Below are positions 1 to 12,718 of a stretch of DNA of 64,000 bases, in pieces. Below the pieces are notes generated by a model. The model was not told where the DNA came from, did no database searches, and was given only the letters and a program-made list of their open reading frames with translations. The translations under genes and the position numbers were made by a program. The stretch is from Vicugna vicugna. Lineage: Eukaryota. Every line of letters begins with the position of its first letter. Within the stretch, counting starts at the first letter, position 1. The stretch is taken from positions 5,276,508 to 5,340,507 of the forward strand of contig MU058584.1 in assembly GCA_013265495.1 (NCBI GenBank), written 5' to 3'.

Positions 1-166
1 CTTGCAGAGCCCCCAGTAAGGGTTGCAGCTCTGCTGACACCTTGATCTTCACCTTATGAAACCCTGAGCAGAACCCAGCCAAGCGACCCGGACTTTTGAT
101 CTACAGAAATGTGTGTTGTTTTAAGCCACTAGGTTTGGTGTCATTTGTTTATCTGCAATAGGAAAC
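1..166 (+). mobile_element. MLT1 (ERVL-MaLR) LTR, 3' part, truncated by window start
   Basis: gctgacaccttgat...accctgagcagaacccagcc...tgtgtgttgttttaagccactaggtttg...gcaataggaaac is the typical MLT1 3' end. Confidence 0.85.
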
Positions 167-1679
167 AGTCACTTCATGCCCTGCTCCCATGACAACCTCC
201 TCTCAGAAGGATCAGTTACTTGCATTCTAAAGTTAATTACTCTGAGATGTTGCTGTTCCTAGGTTTTGGGGGGTTTGGTTTTGGTTTTTGACCTCAAATT
301 AAACTCACTCTTCTGCCTATAAGTGAAAGGAATTTTAGGCAGCAACAATCAGGAGAGAGAAGGTGTTTTGAAAGTGCAATGTATTTTTTTTTCCTGGCAC
401 ATCTGAGATTATACCACAGAGGAAGCCTCAAGTCCAGTCAGCCAGCCTTTCCACAGGTGAGACACAGTGCATGTCAGTCAGGACCTGTCGGGTGGGGTCC
501 TCAGCAGCACCCTGCCCCCCCCCCAGGATGGCACCTCTCTTTTTCCTGGACCTCCTCCAACTCTCATTCAAGTGTTTTCATCAGCCTTAGATCGCCTTCT
601 ACATCTGTGTTGGTTAGTGGACCCATCCAGGGATGTGGTCTCAGAACTCCTCTTGTTTTCCACATGTGAAGGGTGGCTGTCAGGAAGCCAGGGGACGGCT
701 GGATGAGGATATATAGAAACCTCAGTAAATAATCTGCTCTGAGCTACCTTGGAATTCCTCAGAGCATCATAAGTGTGGAGAGCTGACACTGCAATAAGAT
801 TTTATCAAATTGCTCCCTTGAAGGTAGTCCCGGTCTTCTAAACACCCAATCTGCCTGTATGGGTCCATAAACTATAATGTCCATTGGTTTCCACATGAAA
901 CCAGGTGACTTGGCTTGGACCTACAGGGGGTCATAGCTAGGGGTGCCGTTATCCGACATGAATGATGCACCTGGTCTGAATGGTCCCACACTGCTTGGAA
1001 GTCAAGGCATGAATGAGTGGACAGCAAATGAGATCATCTCCAGAGAATCTGTGTAGGGGCCCCAGAGCTCATCAAAGAGAAAATTAAAAATAATAATCAC
1101 AGGAACAGTGCCTTTTTGGGTGGCTCAACGTGACTGACCAACCATGTTTACCAGAATTTTGAGGTAATTTGGGAAAGAGAGATTTAACTCTTTCCAGCTT
1201 TTGTAGCCCTAGGGACTCAAACCAAAACATGGGACAGCATTTTCACTGTGTGCATTTCAGGAGATTTTTCTAGATAACAGGTGCAGAACATCTCTGTCTC
1301 ATCCTCAGAGGACTGGCCTGGCTCTTCATGCTGGCCGCACTTCCACTGGCCTCTTTGATCTCTGATTGCTCTATATGCCCTTGTGCTCAGCATTTCCAAG
1401 ACTTAACAGCCATGGCTTCCTCTCTTCTGCCTTTCTTCCTCTTGTGACAGACAAAGCGTTCAATTGTCTAGATTATAAATTCCAACTCAGTAGATGCAAC
1501 AACTTAGAATGCGACTTTCCTCACATTAGAATGCCCTGTAGGAATTTGTCTCAATGTTTACTCTTTAGAAATGTGCATCAAAATTTACGTGTTATAGACA
1601 CAGGTATTTGACTGAAGTCTCTACCCAGGACTGTCGGAGCAGAAGGACCCTTAGGATAGAGAGAAAGGAGAAAAGCAAA

Positions 1680-1790
1680 CAAACTTTGGAATCAGAAATT
1701 CTGGATTTGAAACACTTCCTACCCTGTACTAGCCTTGAGCAACTATGAACAACTCTTTCTTTGTCTCTTCAACTGTAAAATCAGGGCAAT
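1680..1790 (+). mobile_element. MIR SINE fragment
   Basis: ctttggaatcaga...ctggatttgaa...ccttgagcaa...ctgtaaaat MIR core pattern. Confidence 0.65.
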
Positions 1791-1884
1791 TAGACCTATT
1801 TGTCGTGAAGAGCCATTGGAAATCCACGCTCAGCCAATGGCGACCTTTCACCAACGTCTTCCGTATCTTTCTCCTACATCTCCC

Positions 1885-2330
1885 CCGGCTCCTCCTGTTC
1901 CAGTCACACTGTTCTACTAGGTTTTCTTCAGACACACCCAGTGTTCTTTCCTAAGGACATTTGCACCATCTTCTCTCTCCTTGGAAAGCTGTAGCCTCAG
2001 ATAACCACATGGTTTGCTCCCCCATGTCCTTGGGCGAGCTGCTCAAATCAGAGACCCTTCCAACCACATCCCGACAGTAACAACCCACTGCCACCCCTAC
2101 ACCACCCAACCCTGACATTTCCATCCCTCCTGAGTACTTACTGTATATTTGCAGTCTTACCACCCCCTGCCATATTACTTACTTTTTTATTTCACATATT
2201 GTTGGTCCCCTCACCCACCCCATGGCGGGTTGAGGCTGACCGCTTTATTCACTACTTTATGTGCAGCAATTAGAAATATGCCCAAAACATTTGAAGTGCT
2301 CCAAAAATAAATACTGAAAGAGTGACTGAA
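1885..2330 (+). mobile_element. L2 LINE 3' fragment (degraded)
   Basis: ccagtcacactg...ggacatttgcac...ttattcactact...gtgctccaaaaataaatactgaa resembles the L2 3' end. Confidence 0.55.
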
Positions 2331-2441
2331 GGGACTTAAGTAAATTGTTAGTGTCTAGCACAAGAAGGGACAATAAATCATAGCTGAACAGTATATCTGA
2401 GAGGGTAGTTGTCTAAAAGAAACTCTTTCTAGAATTTTCCA

Positions 2442-2501
2442 TGGTGACTTAAAACTTAAACGTATTTCACTTGGTGACTTAGAATTTAAACTTACTTTAC
2501 T
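2442..2501. repeat. 30-bp tandem duplication (2 copies, 5 mismatches)
   Basis: tggtgacttaaaacttaaacgtatttcact / tggtgacttagaatttaaacttactttact. Confidence 0.85.
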
Positions 2502-2727
2502 CTGAAGCTTGAAGGGGAAGGAATATCTTGGATCTGGAGGATGAGACTTAAATCACCTTAGAAGTGGCTGTCTACCTCACCCATGGGTGACTCCTTGGCT
2601 GGTTCTGTGATCCAAAGTGCTGGTTCCTCACTGAAAAGGTCAAGAATCATTTTTTTTAATGGACTATTCAAACAAGACAGGAAGCTGGAGGAGAAAGGGA
2701 TATTTAGCTCTCTGAAGAAGTGGCCCC

Positions 2728-2960
2728 ACGTAGTGGAAATGGCATGGATTTGGGTACCACAAGATCTGGACTCAGAGGCCGATTTCTACCACTTAACAGC
2801 CAAGGGAACGTGACTAAAACTTACTGTTCCTGAGTCTTATACTCTCTTCATTTTAAACGGTTGTAAAAATAGACGTTATCTCACTCTGTTTGTTTCGTGT
2901 ACATGTCTCATTCATGACAAATGAGCCCTTGTAGATGAAAGGGCTTTGCAAACTATTAAT
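2728..2960 (+). mobile_element. MIR SINE (degraded)
   Basis: tagtggaaatggcatggatttggg...gatctggactc...ttctaccactta...ctgagtct. Confidence 0.6.
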
Positions 2961-4780
2961 CACTAAACCGTGGCTGGTGGTGGTGGTTGTTTGGGGGAAC
3001 TGTAGACTTCGCAGTTTCTCTTGACCTCAAAAAAAAATGCCACTTAGTCATTTGTACAAGATTTTGACTTTGAGGTGTTAAGTTTTATTTTGCAAGTTTC
3101 TTCCCAGTCTGTGACTTTCTTTGCTTTGAGCTTTGATAGCTGTCTAGCACATTCATTTTTATATTCAAGACGGTGCTTTTCTTCAAGAAACTCAAGAGGT
3201 TTTGTAGACAGTTATTCATTCATCCCTGCTTTCTGACAGAGACGGAAGAGCATTCTTTTGAGTCTGAAAAAATGGAGAAAAGCAGAGTTAGGGAAGCTGG
3301 GCTGACTTTTCACCCACACTTTCACTTCCATTTCTATGGGTCTGTGGAAGGAGGGCTCTGTGTCCTCTTGTCTGACCCACTCTCATCTCTACCAGGAGTC
3401 AGGGTGTCATCCAAGATAGAAGGGAAAGAGAGAAGGGCTCTCACAGAATTTTTGGTAGAACTTAGAGTAGAGAGGACATGAGGTGGTTTAACTCTTGTTG
3501 ACCATTGCAGACAAGACCCCAGAGTCTCACATCTGAATAACTCATCCACACCATTGCACTAGGTTACCTCATAATTAAGGTCGTTTGCTTAGTTTTTTGG
3601 GTAACAGGTGGCCCATGGTGGTCAGCAAGAGACTTTCAGCCAGCCAGCCCTAAGATTATGAAAGTAGAAAAGCTTCTTAGAGAAGCTGCTTCTTCTCCTC
3701 ATAAGCCCGAATTAGCTAAACTCCTCATTATTCCTTGTGTTGTGTACATTTAGGCAGGTTCCTACTTGGCTCCTTCATATTAAATTGCCTAATCATTCTT
3801 AAATTATAAAAATATCCTATTTCTACCCTGCTTTTAATTGTACCTTTTTACTGGGCACTGAGGTGACTGGAAGAGATGATGGAAACATGATCTTTTGGCT
3901 CCAGTCAGCCTCGCACTTTCTGAGTCGGTGTGTGAGGCCCAGAAATGGATCTGGTGGGAAAGCGCTTCCTGGAAAAGGCTCAGCAAAATCTGGCCTCTGT
4001 GTGTGAGTGGTTTTTTGTGCTTTTTTTTTTCCCCCTCCTAAAAATAGAACTGTTTCCTTTAGGGAAACCCAAAATTCAGAAAGGGCAAGAGACACAAGGA
4101 AGTACATACTTCCTATAAGTGCTGGATGGTGTTTTTCCATAAACATTTACTTTTGTTCTTTGCTGATTTTCTTTGACCTTGGCCTTCAACCACCAAATAG
4201 TCAAAAGTCTGGGCTTTATCAAGGGCCCCAGGGGCCAGAGGAACAACAGGGCTCCCATCCCTGGGAATGTCAGTGCTGATAGATGGCACTTAGGCTCTCT
4301 GGCTGCTCTTCCTGATTCCTGAAATGAACACACTACTGACCTTATGTAAATAATAGAACTAATGAGAGGACAGAGTAAATGGTTCATAACCCACATGTAA
4401 GCTGGAGCCACGATGTCCTTACACTGTCAAATAAAATTGCCTCAAAATCCCCATCACCTGTCATGAGAAACTTCTTATCTCACCTAGTCTTTCTTAATAT
4501 TCTTTTATTTCTTGGAGAAATTTTCTCCTAGTCAATCTGACTCTGAATTTCTGCTTTCACCAAACTACTTCATTTTCTAAATCATCCAACCACCTCCACA
4601 CACAATTGTTTTTCTATACATGCTCATACTTTTTGGGAGATAGCACCCCAATTACTTCCAGAAAACCACCAACCCAGGTCTATGTGCTTGCGTGAGAACT
4701 TCACCGAAGTTTTGCAGAAAAGGAAGGTTTTTTAAGGGCAGATTGCTAAAAAAAAAAAAAGTAACAAAATAAAAAGTAGA

Positions 4781-5357
4781 TGCCTCCCCAATGTTCACAG
4801 CAGCACTATTTACAATAGCCAAGACATGAAGACAGCCTAAATGTCCATCAACGGATGACTGGATAAAGAAGCAGTGGTATATTTATACAATGGAATACTA
4901 CTCAGTCATAAAAACCGACAACATAACACCATTTGCAGCAACATGAATGCTCCTGGAGAAAGTCATTCTAAGTGAAGTAAGCCAGAAAGAGAAAGAAAAA
5001 TACCATATGAGATCGCTCATATGTGGAATCTAAAAAAGAAAAAGAAAAACAAACAAACAAAGCATAAATACAAAACAGAAACAGACTCATAGACATAGAA
5101 TACAAACTTGTGGTTGCCAAGGGGCGGAGAGGGTGGGATAGATGGGATTTCCAAATTGTAGAATAGATAAACAAGATTATACTGTATAGCACAGGGAAAT
5201 ATACACAAGACCTTATGGTGACTCACAGAGAAAAAGATGTGACAATGAATATATATATGTTCAGGTATAAATGAAAAACTGTGCTCTACACTGGAATTTG
5301 ACACAACATTGTAAAATGATTATAAATCAATAAAAAATGTTAAAAAAAAAAAAAAAA
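4781..5357 (+). mobile_element. Young 5'-truncated L1 (ORF2 C-terminus, 3'UTR, polyA)
   Basis: ccaatgttcacagcagcactatttacaatagccaagac...; aataaa and A16 tail at 5342-5357; degenerate TSD aaaaagtagatgcct / aaaaaggaagatgtct. Confidence 0.97.
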
Positions 5358-5758
5358 GGAAGATGTCTGAGTTCTTAAAAGTCCTCAGGCTAATTGGCCT
5401 CCAGAAATTCCTCACTGGTCTTCGCAGCCGTGTTTCCCAGTCTCTAGCTTATCTTCTCCAAGCTCTATGTCCGTGATTTTATCAGCCACAGATTACTGAT
5501 AACGTCTTGTGCATAGATGTTCGCAGTCAGTGTTGGCCTCATCTTCCTCCCCAATAAGGCCATCTACTCCAGAGAAGCGTTCCATCACTTGTCAGGAGGT
5601 AGAAGTGGCTACCACCAGTTACGGTTCTTAGCAGCATTGTTTATATTTAATTGCATCATTTTTGAAAGCTGTATTTGTAGCAAGAAAATATTCCTCAGTG
5701 AGTTCTTATTGGACTAAAATCTGATATCCAACTCAAGCTTCTTCAAAAATTTGTATCA

Positions 5759-5925
5759 GGGGGCAGAGTATATAGCTCAATGGTAGAGCACATGCTTAGC
5801 ATGCATGGGTTCAATCCCCAGTACCCCCATTAAAAAAAATAAAGTTAAAAATAAATAAATAATCAAACCCAATTACCTCCTACCCTCCAACCTAAAGAAG
5901 TTCTAAGAATGAAATCTATTAAAAA
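5759..5925 (+). mobile_element. tRNA-derived camelid SINE (Vic-1-like)
   Basis: A-box tagctcaatgg, B-box ggttcaatcc, gcttagcatgca, AT-rich tail with aattacctcc; homologous to the copy at 20090-20301. Confidence 0.9.
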
Positions 5926-6119
5926 TAATTTGTCAGTTGCTGTTCTGCCCATCTCAATAATGGACTTTGAAAAGAATAATTGCAAAACAGTGCAGAATCC
6001 TAAAGTGCCCCATCTTGACTGGTTTATGGAGTTGACCGTCGACCATTACACATGTTCATGGGAGAAGGTAGAGGGCCTCAAAGGGATGGCTAGAGCAATA
6101 ACTTTCTAAATAATTTCCC

Positions 6120-6490
6120 CTTCTCTCTTCTTTTTCCCTTGCAATCCATTTTCCGCAGAGCAGTCGAAGTGCTCTTTGTTAAACGCGAATCAAACCATGT
6201 CATTCCCTTGCTTAAAATTCTTCAGTGATTCCCCATGTACTTATGTGTCTGTCAGTCTCCCCTCTTACTCCTCTCCAGCTATGACGGCATCTCAGTTCCT
6301 CAGACATGCTGACATCTTTCCCACATCAGTCCTTTTGCTATCACCCACCTCCACTGCCTGGAACCGAATTGTGCCTGCTCTTAGCAAAGCTGGATCTTCC
6401 CACCCGTCCCATCTCTGCTTCAGTGTCATGTCGACCTAAAGATGCTCTCCATTTAGTGTTTGATCGCGTGTTTCTTTTCTCTCTATCCCA
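6120..6490 (+). mobile_element. L2 LINE fragment
   Basis: caatccattttccgcagagcagtcgaagtgctcttt...catgtcattcccttgcttaaaattcttcagtgattcccc. Confidence 0.8.
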
Positions 6491-6555
6491 CTATTCAGGA
6501 ATTGGCAAACATTTTCTATAAACCGATAGTAAACAATTTTTTTAAGTTTATGCCA

Positions 6556-6938
6556 TGCAGTCCTGTGGTCTGCCGTCTGCAAGCTAAAGAACCAAGAAAG
6601 CCAGTGGCATAACCCCGTCTGAGTCCAAAAGCCAGAGAATGTTGTCAGTCCTAATCTGAGGACCAAGAGCATCAATGTCTGAGAGCAGAAAATGGGGGTC
6701 TCAGCTTAAGCAGAGAGACCGAAATCACCCTTCCTCTGCCTTGGTGCTCTATTCAGGCCCTTAGGGTGTTGGATGACGCCCACCTATTTCAGTGAGAATA
6801 ATCTTGACTCAGTCTACTAATTCAAATGTTAATCTCTTCCAGAAGCACTCTTATAGATACACTGGAAATACTGTTTTTCACCCAATATCTGGGCATCCCT
6901 TAGCCCAGTCAAGCTGACACATAACATTAACCATCATA
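6556..6938 (-). mobile_element. MLT2 (ERVL) solo LTR
   Basis: Reverse complement begins tatgatggttaatgttatgtgtcagcttgactgggctaagggatgcccagat, the MLT2 5' end. Confidence 0.9.
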
Positions 6939-8100
6939 CCCAGATACATGCTCTTCTAGGCATCTTGCCATTCCTCCAGCAATTTGTTGAGAGTTCAGCT
7001 GATTCAAAGAAGAGTTCAACATACGTGATAAGCCCCTATGAGGTTGAAGCATACATAACGAATGTGGTGACTTTTATTATGTTTATGGTTTTGAGACTGG
7101 GAAATATTTGGTTTGTTAGTGAGAGAGGGAGGGAACTATTGGTATACATGATCCAGTGGGTCCTGTAAGATTTAGGTAGTCTAAGGCATGTGAGAAAAAC
7201 CTTAGTGTACCCACTAAAAGGCAATAATTTAAGTTGATCTAATAAGTTAAGTTATTGATTGAAAAAATGGGAATAATTTAAGATCTGTTTTTCAAAATAT
7301 CAGTGCCAGTTTTCAGTTCAAACAGCAGTGAGGATAGTCATCTCAGAGCCACTTGACAGAATTTGTGTTTGTGTGGGCGTGTTTAGCCTGAATAATTTAA
7401 TAGCCAAAAAATTTAATTTCTGCTATATTGTTTTGAAGTTGAATTTTTCTTCAGCATTTTATCATTGTCTACCTATTCATCATACGTTTGGCTCATCCAT
7501 CTCCTGGGGCTTTTCCTGTTAATTTGTATGAGGCTTTTATATTTTTTATATTTGGGGAGAATATTTAACTTCCTGACCTCCTGTTATGATGAAGGGACCT
7601 CCTTTAGAGAAAGGATTTTTTACCTGAAGTCCAATGACTTTGGGGTTAAAAGTGGCAGAGGGTAGGGGAGTGGTGTCTTTGAACTTGAAAGGGAAAAATG
7701 TGCATCTTTATTTTTATTAGCTTTACCTGAAATTAGGATTCCTTCAACTAATATTAGCAGTTCTGGGACTTCATCACCAACAGAAACCATAGATATTTAT
7801 ATCACATTGCATATATCAAAATATGATTTACCACCACACCAAAATTGTAGTTATCAAATCTGCTGCTAAATCATGATATTTAATGGGCTAATTAAGGAGG
7901 GTCTATTTTACTATTCCACAAAAAAATGTCAAATGTTTTTATAACTTGAGTACAATTGATTACCTTCATAATTCTATGAATTTTAAAACATTATTCTGAA
8001 AAGGGAGTCCACAGCCTTTACCAGACTGCCAGAGTGGTCCATGGTACCAAAAACTATACTTTCCTGCCCTGGAGTACCACTCATGGCTTCTTTCCATCCT

Positions 8101-8116
8101 TGACTCATCTGACTCA
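8101..8116. promoter_or_regulatory. Tandem AP-1 motifs (TGACTCA x2); third copy at 8392-8398
   Basis: tgactcatctgactca; motif match only, function unproven. Confidence 0.35.
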
Positions 8117-8151
8117 TAAGGAGAGAAGGAACAGAATGTTTTCAACTCACA

Positions 8152-8170
8152 TCTCTCTCTCTCTCTCTCT
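8152..8170. repeat. (TC)n microsatellite
   Basis: Direct reading. Confidence 0.95.
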
Positions 8171-8479
8171 GATCTATCTACTCTCTGCCATAAAACAAAC
8201 TGACCACAGAAAGCTCTTCCCCTCCGAGGAGGTCTGCAGCCAGCCTGCCGTGCCTGCAACTTTATTTTAGGGGTAAATTATTAGGAAAGCTCTGACAGCC
8301 TCAGATCTAAACTATAGACTCTTAATTGTTTATCACCAGTAAAGTGGCATTTTGACCTCTATCAATTTAATTTCTGTGTCTACTCCTAAACTGACTCAAA
8401 CTTGAAAGAAAGGAATATTAATTATGAGTCCCTTAAAACTTCAACATTTTTTCAAATACTATTTCAAATTTTCCTTTTG

Positions 8480-8770
8480 TTTTTTAATACAGAAGCTTTT
8501 AATGTTTTAATTCGTCAAATCAGTTGATCTTTTCCTTGGTAATTCCGTCCACTTCCTTAAGCTTAGAAAATCCTTCTTTATACCAAACAACCCTCTCTAT
8601 TTTCTTCTAGGTTTTTTAATTTAAGTTTTTTACCTTAAAATTTTACTGAACCTGGAATTTATTTTATTGTATACTATGAGATGATGGCTAAGTGGATTTT
8701 TGTTTCAAATTTCAAATAGCTAAAAAAAAAGATCAAATGATTATTTGTTAAGCAACCCTTCATTCTTCCC
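8480..8770 (-). mobile_element. Ancient L1 (L1M) ORF2 fragment
   Basis: cagaagcttttaatgttttaatt...gcttagaaaatccttc...tattttcttctag...cctggaatttatttt, antisense L1 RT-downstream region. Confidence 0.75.
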
Positions 8771-10228
8771 TGAGTGTAATACAAGTGTTTGTTCCATGTC
8801 TACTCTGTACAAAGCCAGTGCCTTACATTAGGAATTCAGTGGAGAATAAGACCCAGTTCCTACTTGTCTGGTTTTCAGTACCTCCATTTCCATATACGAA
8901 GCTCTTATGTAATTCAAGGTCTCATGGAGGGAAAGGGGGTGGGCATCACCTTGGCAAAGTGGTCCACAAACCCAAGGCCAGACTGAGGCCAGATGGCTTT
9001 GATGAAAGTCAGTTTAGTCATTTTCTACCCTTCTCAGCTGCAGTAACCAGGGTTTGGTGTAGCTGGGCAGGGATGCAGTGAGTAAGAGAAATGGTCAGGT
9101 GACACTTGTCTAAGTTCAAGAAGAATCACTGGTAGGGAAAGAAAGGAAACTGAGAGCAGGGGGAACTGGCATCCACAGCAGATGATGACTTGGAGTACAG
9201 AGGGATTGTACTGAGGTTAGAGGATTATTGGTCCTATGAGAGTTATAGGAGTTGTTAGTTGCAGACACAGTTGACAAACAAATGATGCTTGTTCATGGCG
9301 TCATGAGTGGTGAAGACAAAAAATGATTCACTCAGAACTGGAGACAGAAGAGAGGTGTAAACACGGGCTAAGGTCTTTGGGCAGGACCTGCTCTGCTCTG
9401 ACCACAGAACTCATACTGGAGGATGAACAGTGGGGGTAGTCACTTATATCTTGCCGTGGCCCTTCATGCCACAGGGGACCTCCTGTGGAGGACCTTGCTG
9501 TGACGGCCAGCTTATCCCTGCACCATCTGTCAGGGACCTGGAAAGAAACCAGAGTCAGAGTCCCCTGCTACTTCCCCAGCATCACAACCCCACGATGCCC
9601 AACACTGTACCTCTCCCTGCAGATTGAAGCCTCCCCAGGGCCCCACACAAGCCCTGTCTCGTGGGCCTATGCCTTCAAGAGTGGCACACACTGAGAATGA
9701 CGGACGATCTGTCACCACAGCTGCTGTCAGAGTCCCAGCTCAGCCTTTTCCCTGTCTTTCTCTATTTGTGTCCTCTAAGCCCTGGCCTGCACTTCCCCGG
9801 GCATTGGGCCAACCCCAATCGTTGAGTCTCATGACTCCTTTGTGTTCTGTATTAATCAGATGACCTCCATTCAGCATAGTCGGCTTCCTTTCATCTACTT
9901 TGTATTTTTCATGTTTGCATTTTGTTCGTGTCACCCCCTTTGATTTTTTAAGAGTTCTCATTGTGCATGTCTCTATGCTGCGAATGACCTCTGTGGCTGG
10001 GAAATGTATTGCCAGCTACAGAATATGCCTGAAAATAAATTCAGGGCAGCAACCTGGTATCTTGTAACAGGTTCCCTCAGATGTTTGGCAAATGAGCCCC
10101 ATTTGGAGTTTGAGAAGGAGGGAAGGCCCTTCTGAAAGGTTTTCTTGATTGGGTCGGTTCTCCTCTGGCAGGAACTCTTGGTGTGTTTGTGCATCTACTG
10201 GAGATACTGAGGGGAGGGGAAGGACAGT

Positions 10229-10469
10229 GAAGCCCCACTCTTCTCCTACTCACCTCTCAATGCTTAACACCTGGCACCTACTCTCCTCTGTTTGCATGCC
10301 TCCCCCATTTTGCAAGTGGACACGCATAAGTGACACCATTGAGCTACAAGAAGCCCCACTCTTCTCCTACTCACCTCTCAATGCTTAACACCTGGCACCT
10401 ACTCTCCTCTGTTTGCATAGCCTCCCCCATTTTGCAAGTGGACACGCATAAGTGACACCATGAGCTACA
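10229..10469. repeat. 121-bp tandem duplication (2 near-identical copies)
   Basis: gaagccccactcttctcc...gagctaca starts at 10229 and at 10350; the copies differ by two 1-bp indels. Confidence 0.98.
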
Positions 10470-11034
10470 GCCAGTGGTCTATACAACGAGCTGTTTTTCC
10501 CAAAGTGAAGAACCCCCAACCTCAGCACTCTCAATAAGTTTCAGAAATCAACACAACACTGTGCCAAGCTCTCCCACCGTTCAGGGAACACCTGGCTTTG
10601 ATTCCCAGGGCACCCCACCTGCACACAGCTTCCTCAATCTCTGCCAGTGACTGCCAAACCCTAAATGTCACCACTGACCCACATCCACCCTGGACAGTCT
10701 CAGTCATTCCAGCTCACCTCGATTAAAGATCACCAAGAGACAAATTCTCCTTTATCCAAGCCAGAATTTGGAGAAGAGCACCTTGTTCCTGCCATGACAA
10801 CCTGTACAAACAGGGTCTTGGAGCCGAGTTTCAGGGTGAAGCCTCTTTTTCTCTGGGTGTTAGTTGAGGGAAGACCTGCCACCTCTGACTCTTCAGCCCC
10901 TGGCATTCAGAAGACTCAAAAATGTGAACAGGAACCATACCTATGACTTTTGGACATTTTAGTAACCATCATACTAGTACTTACCCATGTACTAGGTTGT
11001 GGAAACCCCGTTGACTAACTGGATGTCAATGAGA

Positions 11035-11470
11035 AAGACTAGGAAGAAAAAATGGCCTAGGAACCATGTGCTATGAAAGACTGCTGAAGTCTGATTTAGC
11101 ATATAGTGGCCCAATTTGAGAAAAGAGAATATTAACACAACAGTTGATTTCAAGAACTTGAGAAGGGCCATACGGAGGGGATTCAGTCTTGTTTAGGATA
11201 GTTCCTGGTGTTGGGGAGGAGAAGAGGAATAGGACTTAGAGGTAAGTTATAGGGAAACAATTGTCAGATCAGTAGAAAAGAACACGTTGCTAACAATTTG
11301 AGTGGTTCAAAGTGGATCACACTGTATTATGAATGAGTGACTGTCCTACCCCTGGAGATGTTCAAATAGGCAATAAAACCCGCTCTGCAGAGGACTTCTA
11401 CACTGAGTAGTATAATGGAGCAGATGAGCCCTGAAGTTCCCACTAATTCTAATTTCTTATGGTCATGATG
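11035..11470 (+). mobile_element. L3/CR1 LINE 3' end
   Basis: gtaagttatagggaaacaattgtcagatcagtagaaaagaacacgttgctaacaat...ccctggagatgttcaaataggc...agatgagccctgaagttccc...attctaatttcttatg, CR1-type terminus. Confidence 0.8.
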
Positions 11471-11509
11471 TCAGGGAGAAGAGGAAATCATGGAAGGTGA
11501 AGTTCAGTA

Positions 11510-12045
11510 CAGTTGCACATTTATTGACCCTCCAAGATATGCTGTGATACTGTGATTATCGAGTCAGGTGCTGGACAAAGTTCAGGAGCTGCCAAGAACA
11601 AGATAAGATTTCTGGACTCTTTCACTCATTTATGTATTCAGGTAACAATGTACGGAATTGTATACAAGAAACAAATAACAAAAGAGGCAGTGTCATAAAT
11701 TCTACCTAAGTAGATTGGCAAGGAGTTCAAAGTTGAGATGACATACCATAGCAGGGCTTTTAGAGAGAGAAATCTTCCCCAAGGAAGTCATTCTTGAGAG
11801 AGGGGTTCCCCATGCAAGGCACCAAGAGAGACTGGAAAGGGTTTGTTCTGTGTGCAGACACACACCTTCCTACGTGTATGGAAAATGCTAGCATGACAAC
11901 TATACACCCTGGCAAGTTTGGTCAAATAGCAGCACTGGATCCAAACAGCAAAAGTATGCAGTGATGGCATGAAGAGACATGAGGCTGGAAATGATAAAGA
12001 AAAGGATTTCTCCAATGAGGGCCTGCCACAGCGAGCCCAGGACTT
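11510..12045 (-). mobile_element. L2 LINE fragments
   Basis: acatttattga...ggtgctgg...; catgaggctggaaat...gagggcctg. Confidence 0.55.
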
Positions 12046-12596
12046 CTGGGAAGGCTCACACCTTCTCTCCTTCAGTAGCCTTGTTCCAGCTTCTTGAAGG
12101 ACTGAGTCTTCTTTCTTCTCTTTACCACTCAGCTCTCCTTGATGAGATTTGATGAGACCAAAATCCTTTGGCTTTTTCCATGTGCATCACCATGTAATGG
12201 ATGAGGTCAGGGGTGTAAGGAGAGGACATCTGTAAAAAGATTCTATGCTAGGAGCAGAACTTAAAATATTTCACAGGATATGAGGACACTTAAATTAGGA
12301 CATTATAGCAATCATGGAAGCAGAGACCAAGAGTTTTCTTTAATTTTCTATAAATTGTAATATGATGCTAAGAAGTATGGCCATCCGAACTTCTAACAGG
12401 CCAAAACCCATGAGGTCAAGCAGGTCTGGCTTTCAATACTCTCTATTGAATTCGTTCAGGGTTTTTGTTGTTTTTATTTTTAATTTATTTCCTACCTTAG
12501 TGAGGCCTCTAAATATACTCTTATTCAACTTCACATACAATTATTGAGAACCCATTTTGTACATTTCCACCATGCTTTATCCATACTTGTCCCCTG

Positions 12597-12718
12597 TCAC
12601 TTATTCATTCACTCAACAAACCTTCATTAAACACATACCACGTGCCGAGCACTATTTAAAAACAAATGATGTAACAGTAAACAAAACAAGACAAAACTCT
12701 CATCCCTCCTCACAGGAA
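12597..12718 (-). mobile_element. L2 3' end
   Basis: ttattcattcactcaacaaac...ccacgtgccgagcact...acagtaaacaaaacaagacaaaa. Confidence 0.8.

Noticed and set aside
5759..5830. tRNA gene (also 20230-20301)
   Set aside because: The A/B boxes belong to tRNA-derived SINE heads followed by the SINE AT-rich tail; the cloverleaf is degenerate.
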